From Amoebidium appalachense (lineage: Eukaryota > Protista > Ichthyosporea), in the NCBI GenBank assembly GCA_963693365.1, contig CAVNZM010000015.1:4905502-4969501 (forward strand): a DNA stretch of 64,000 nt, read 5' to 3'. Of the stretch, positions 38,459 through 64,000 are shown in pieces. The number at the start of each line of letters is the position of its first letter. Positions within the stretch are counted from its first letter, which is position 1. The notes beneath the pieces were generated by a model. The model was not told the origin of the DNA and ran no database searches. It saw only the letters and a program-made list of their open reading frames with translations. A program made the translations under genes and the position numbers.

Positions 38459-41400
38459 TTTATCCTTCTTCTTCTGGAATGCTCGGACACTGGGCCCCCA
38501 AAAGGGCCTCCCCCCCGGGACACTCGACGATAAAATCAGCTACATACAACAACAGACAAACAACCACACGTTTACAGTGATTTGCGAAACACAGTTTAAA
38601 AACCACCACAAATTCAACTCTACATTGGTCGACACATCCACACACCCCGGTTACGCGAAAAACCGAGGCATTATTGTACTTGCCGCACCACACGTGAGAG
38701 TGAAGTGCAAACCGGTAGCAAAAACGGAATTCTCGGTTTCTATAGAGTTTCTTTCTAATGTTTTTACTTTTGTATATTACCCACCATCTATGTCGGTTGT
38801 CGAATTGACTCACGAGTTGTCACAGTTACCAATGTCCACTGTTATTTTAGGTGATTTTAACACGCGACTCCACCACACAGACACACTGCAAGTGAGTGTC
38901 GGGTACCCATCTAAGCCCCCGGAGCGTGCTATCCCTTTAGCAAGGTATGTCCAAAGTCACACTTTGCGGTTCCCTCAAATATCCCATGCCCACAACACCG
39001 ACTGGGGAGTGGCCTTTTGGCCATCAACCATGTCAAAACTCTCTCTCCCTCCTAACCTCTCTAGGTCATCTGACCACTCTCCTATCCTTTTCCTACCTAA
39101 GATCTCCCTTGATCTGCTCCCCCCTCCCCCTCCCACCTTTCGCCTCCGTCTATCCCAGCTTAAGTCACAGTGGGGTAGAGTTGATGTATGTGTATGCTAT
39201 GCTACGAAACACCCTATATATATGCGCCTATTAGAATCTGCACAAGCCAGGCCAGATTCACATCTCGTACTAGATACATGCACTAACTTTATTGTTGATG
39301 ATTTGATAGATCTCGGTGATTATGCTGGCGGTGGTAGGAAGGAATACCCCGATGCTCTCTTGTTACCAAACACCACTCCCGCTAGACTAGGTGAACCCCT
39401 GTCTCAAAAGGAAAGCTTGCGCCGGCTTGCTAGTATGAATCGATTTGGCCCCCCTGCTCGTATTATTGGTGATACCACTGGAGACCCCCTCATAGACTCT
39501 GATAAGTATTTCTCGGAACTGTTTAAAGATAGGACCCCCGCTCAGAAACCTATTGTGTGGCCTGTAGACCCATCTATCCCCATAGAATCGATCCTCCCCT
39601 TTTTCAGTCCCGATGCCATATGGTCTGTGATATCTAGTTATAGCTCTAGTAAGTCTTGTGGACCTGATGGACTCCCTGCTGGGTTTCTTAAAATCCTTGT
39701 TCCCTCCTACCCACAAAAGGAAAGTGATCGTGCTATTAAACCTGATCTTACTATCATGTTAAGCTCTCTCTTTTCTTGGTGTGTTAAATGTGGACATGTC
39801 CCGTCATCTTGGTTAGATACCTTAGTGATCCCCATAGTTAAGAAGGACTCTGAGGGCCCCATATCATCCTTTCGCCCCATTACACTAACCCAGGTTGTTC
39901 GTAGATTCTTTGAAGCTTGCTTACTTAGGTTATTTGCACATCACCCTAGGTTTCAATCTATTCTTCACATACACCCATGCCAATCCGCTTTTCGTAAAAA
40001 CAATTCATGTTATGTTCAAATAATGGCACTGCACGATTCTATGCAAGTTGGTGCACAATATGTTGGCTTTATTGATTGGAAAACTGCTTACGATTCTGTC
40101 TCCCCTGGTCTCCTATGGGAAAAGCTTGCTGCACGGGGTGTACCACACTGCATTGGTGTTCTGTTAGAAGCACTCTTGTCTCAAACCTATGGTAGAGCTG
40201 TGGTTAATGGGCATCTTTCATATGGTTTTGCTCGTACTAGAGGTCTCTTGCAGGGTTCATTGCTTAGCCCCTTTTTGTTTAACCTATTTATAGATGATTT
40301 GGCTGTCAAGATTTACGCCGAAAACGATGACCCTATTAATAACTTTCCGCCTGCACTTCTCTATGCTGATGATCTGTCCCTCCTTGCCCGTACCCCTAGA
40401 CGCCTGCAAAGATTGTTCGATGTAGTGTCAGAGTGGTGCAAGGCAAACCTTATGATCCTTAACATAGACAAATGTGGTGTTCTTGTACCTGATATAGCTA
40501 ACAATTTACACACATTTACATTATCATCTAAACCTGTACCTATAGTTCCAGAATACAAATATCTTGGTGTTCCGGTTGATTCTGTTGGTGTTATGTTTCC
40601 CCATATGGTCGAAAAGAGGTACTAGAGTTGGCTCGTAAGCGGTTAGCTTTCTTCTCGGCTAATATTTTTAAAGACACACCCCTCCATCCTTCTATTAGAC
40701 TTACATTTATTCGCACTTTTGTCTTCCCGGCATGTGAATATGGTTTACCCCTTCTCGCCGCTTGGATCAAGAAAGAGAGAACTAGAGCGCTTAAACCCTT
40801 GGCAAATTTCCTTGAAGCAGAAGTTGCCTCCTTTCTATCTAACAACTGTTGTAAACCTGGGCCTGTAACGCTCTCGATATATGGTCTGGTCCCAATAGCT
40901 GCTAGAGTATCCTATCTCGCGCTGAAATTCAATAAGCACATAAGCCGCTTAAAGAAGTATTTGCCCTCCCACCCTCTCTTCTCTATCCGACCTGTCCCCT
41001 CCTCACCTCTCCCCTCTTTCCTCCCCTCTCTCTCCCCTTCTCCCCTGGGCACAAATACAAATAAACCCCGCAATAGTGTGTGTGTGACTTTGGACTGCCA
41101 CTTACTTATTAAACATGTACACAATCACAAGATAATCACGCAATATAACAAATGGAAAAAGATACCACACGACACTAGACCCGATGAAAGCATACACCTT
41201 GAAAAACTAAGCCTTATGTCTCGTTTTATATATACTGACCGCCTCAACCATATTGCCAAATATGGCACTCGCAAGTGTATAACACCTAAATACATATTAC
41301 CTTCCTGTAGAACTGGTCTTTCTCTAGCTGATGGTATTATTGATCAATTACCACGCTTTTACTGTACACGTGCTATACAGTGGAGATCTAATAAGTATAA

Positions 41401-41647
41401 GGTGGCATCATTTGCATGCCCAAACAACACACACACACACCAGTTTAACCGGTCATGTATCGCCAAATGTAGTTTGATAGACCACATAATACCGCAACAC
41501 ACACACGTCACATTCACAACAGACACCCAGAAAGATAGCCTACCTGTAAATTACAACATCCTTAATTTTATACTAAACACGCGTAACTACGACCTGTTTA
41601 TTAGATGTATTGATTGGCTTGAGAAACACATCACTACAAAATTATAG
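38451..41647 (+). pseudogene. LINE ORF2 (APE endonuclease + reverse transcriptase), frameshifted near 40580-40625
   Basis: APE motifs WNAR, ICET, LGDFN, SDHSP; RT motifs GPDG, FRPITL, QSAF, FIDWKTAYDSV, GLLQGSLLSPFLF, YADD, YKYLG. First frame stops at 40625; the -1 frame continues to TAG at 41647. Confidence 0.9.
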
Positions 41648-41667
41648 CGCACGCGCACACACACACA

Positions 41668-41722
<55 letters not shown>

Positions 41723-41754
41723 CCAGCTGATACCGAGTGTCCCGAGGGGAGCCC

Positions 41755-41791
<37 letters not shown>

Positions 41792-42396
41792 GGGGAACCC
41801 CAACTAATTGATTTCTCCTTGTAGTCTTTATGGTGTCTCGTAGAGAAAGTAAACCCTGATATATAGTCACCACCCGACATCTATGTACGTGATCATGATA
41901 TACCTCTGAGGGGATATTCCGAGCAAAACCCCCCCCCCCATACCTGAGACTGGTTCTCTTTGCCTCGAGTAAACAGCGTAAACCCCCAGCATTATATAGC
42001 TAATGTAATTGGCTCACCTGGTCCCCAAGAGCAGCTCGGGTAGCTCGCACGTGATCACGTCACAAAGCTTTCTAAGTTTTGTGCCCGACCGTGCAGTGCA
42101 CCTGCGCGGCTCTACGTTGTAGATAGGGTCCCATGTTTAGGGAAGATCCCATGTTTAGTTTTTGTTCTTACTGCCTTTAACTAGCAGTATTATTTACGCT
42201 TGAACCCGTGTGTCCGTGTGAAGTTCCATATGGAGATACCTCTTCTCACTTTTTTTTGAAGGTTCTCGACACCCGATTTGCACGTCATCTTTTAGGCAAG
42301 CGTTTGTAGGCGCAGTAGACCATCTTCAACATCCTCTGATTTGTGGCTTTTTGACCCGTTGTTGCTTTAATATAACTCAAAATATTATTAGGCAAC

Positions 42397-50607
<8,211 letters not shown>

Positions 50608-51429
50608 CCCCTGTGTGCCTGCGTCATGCACAAGGCATAGCTCGCACAGTGATTTGGGATATGGGCAGCAGACGATTCAGCCCTTTTTTATTGCTGTGAA
50701 TATCGTCAGGAATACTATCCGCGAATGCTTGTATATTCCATTTATATTTTTGTCCAGTTTTTGTTTGACTGGTTTATATTCTGCTTATGCTACCCCCGCC
50801 CTTCCCTTACCGGAAAAGGAAATTAGAAGAATAGATTGTTTTTGTCAAGTTGCTAGGAGCAAGAGATGTCTAGATTTCAACTATTTTTTATGCAGCGTTC
50901 TGCGCCGGCTTTTGTAAACACTACGAACATGTAGGTAAATACCAATTATCAGTACTACGCTGCACACCTGCATCTATGTCTTTTGGTTGTGAGCTTATCT
51001 CCAACCATCTGCAAGTAAAATAAATATGGCTCAAACTCTTTAACATAACATAACCGTAACTAAAATAAATTGGTTCAAAATTACTACACAACCAAGCTTA
51101 ACTCAAACAAGGCGGCTCAAACTTTCTTACGAGATATACCTAGTATATCTGGGCTATCTACTCGGTCATCGCTGTCGGGAAATAAAGTCCATTAAAAAAA
51201 ATCATAAAAAAAACTTTCTTAAACCTGAAACTAAAATAAATAAACTCAAGATAACTACACAACAGCAAACAAATGAAAAGATCAAGCATACTATATATCA
51301 CACACCACGGTACCGGACTCGCAGTGAATTTCTTTAGAGTTAATCATGAATTTCAAATCAATACTATTAGCACATACTTTCCAGCACATCGCTAGAAAAC
51401 AGACCCCCACAGTTAGCCGGAATTTCAGC

Positions 51430-63841
<12,412 letters not shown>

Positions 63842-64000
63842 CTGCATGGTGTGACGTCAGCAGCTGGGACTATTCAATATGTTGTTTATTATATCTCGGT
63901 TTGGCTGGTACGTTGATCAAGTGTTTCGTTCCAATATAAAATGCTGAGTAATGCCTATGCATACACATACAGTTCTGCCGTCACCTAAGCAAACCCCCCT

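Larger units (their letters stand above)
37259..41790 (+). mobile_element. Non-LTR retrotransposon (LINE, APE-RT type), near full length
   Basis: Two intronless ORFs, a 3' UTR with (CA)n, an A32 tail at 41759-41790, and a candidate 8-bp TSD cggggaac (37251-37258 / 41791-41798). Confidence 0.92.

Overview
Eukaryotic nuclear DNA, intron-rich and full of simple repeats (poly-G/C, poly-A/T, (CA/TG)n, (CT/GA)n). The style suggests a unicellular eukaryote, possibly an opisthokont protist, but the species cannot be identified from sequence alone. Manual splice reconstruction supports four host genes: a ~28-kb SEC16 on the minus strand (5068-33474), a cAMP-receptor/Git3-like 7TM GPCR (+, 34702-36837), a PDK/BCKDK-type kinase (+, 42397-50607) and the 3' half of TOP2 (-, 51430 to beyond the window end). 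A nearly full-length two-ORF non-LTR retrotransposon (APE+RT, one frameshift) lies at 37259-41790. At the left, a microsatellite-poor island carries an apparently spliced PD-(D/E)xK nuclease-like gene. The most notable observations are: that nuclease-like gene; a ~160-bp intronic repeat family that is always co-oriented with the host transcript and ends in poly(C); many 3' splice sites built on (CA)n instead of a polypyrimidine tract; a poly(A)-tailed insertion with a 14-bp TSD; a tandemly duplicated in-phase exon; a 27-bp-arm hairpin in a TOP2 intron; and several frame breaks at G/C runs in SEC16 that are most simply assembly indels. All gene models were read by eye, with no database searches.
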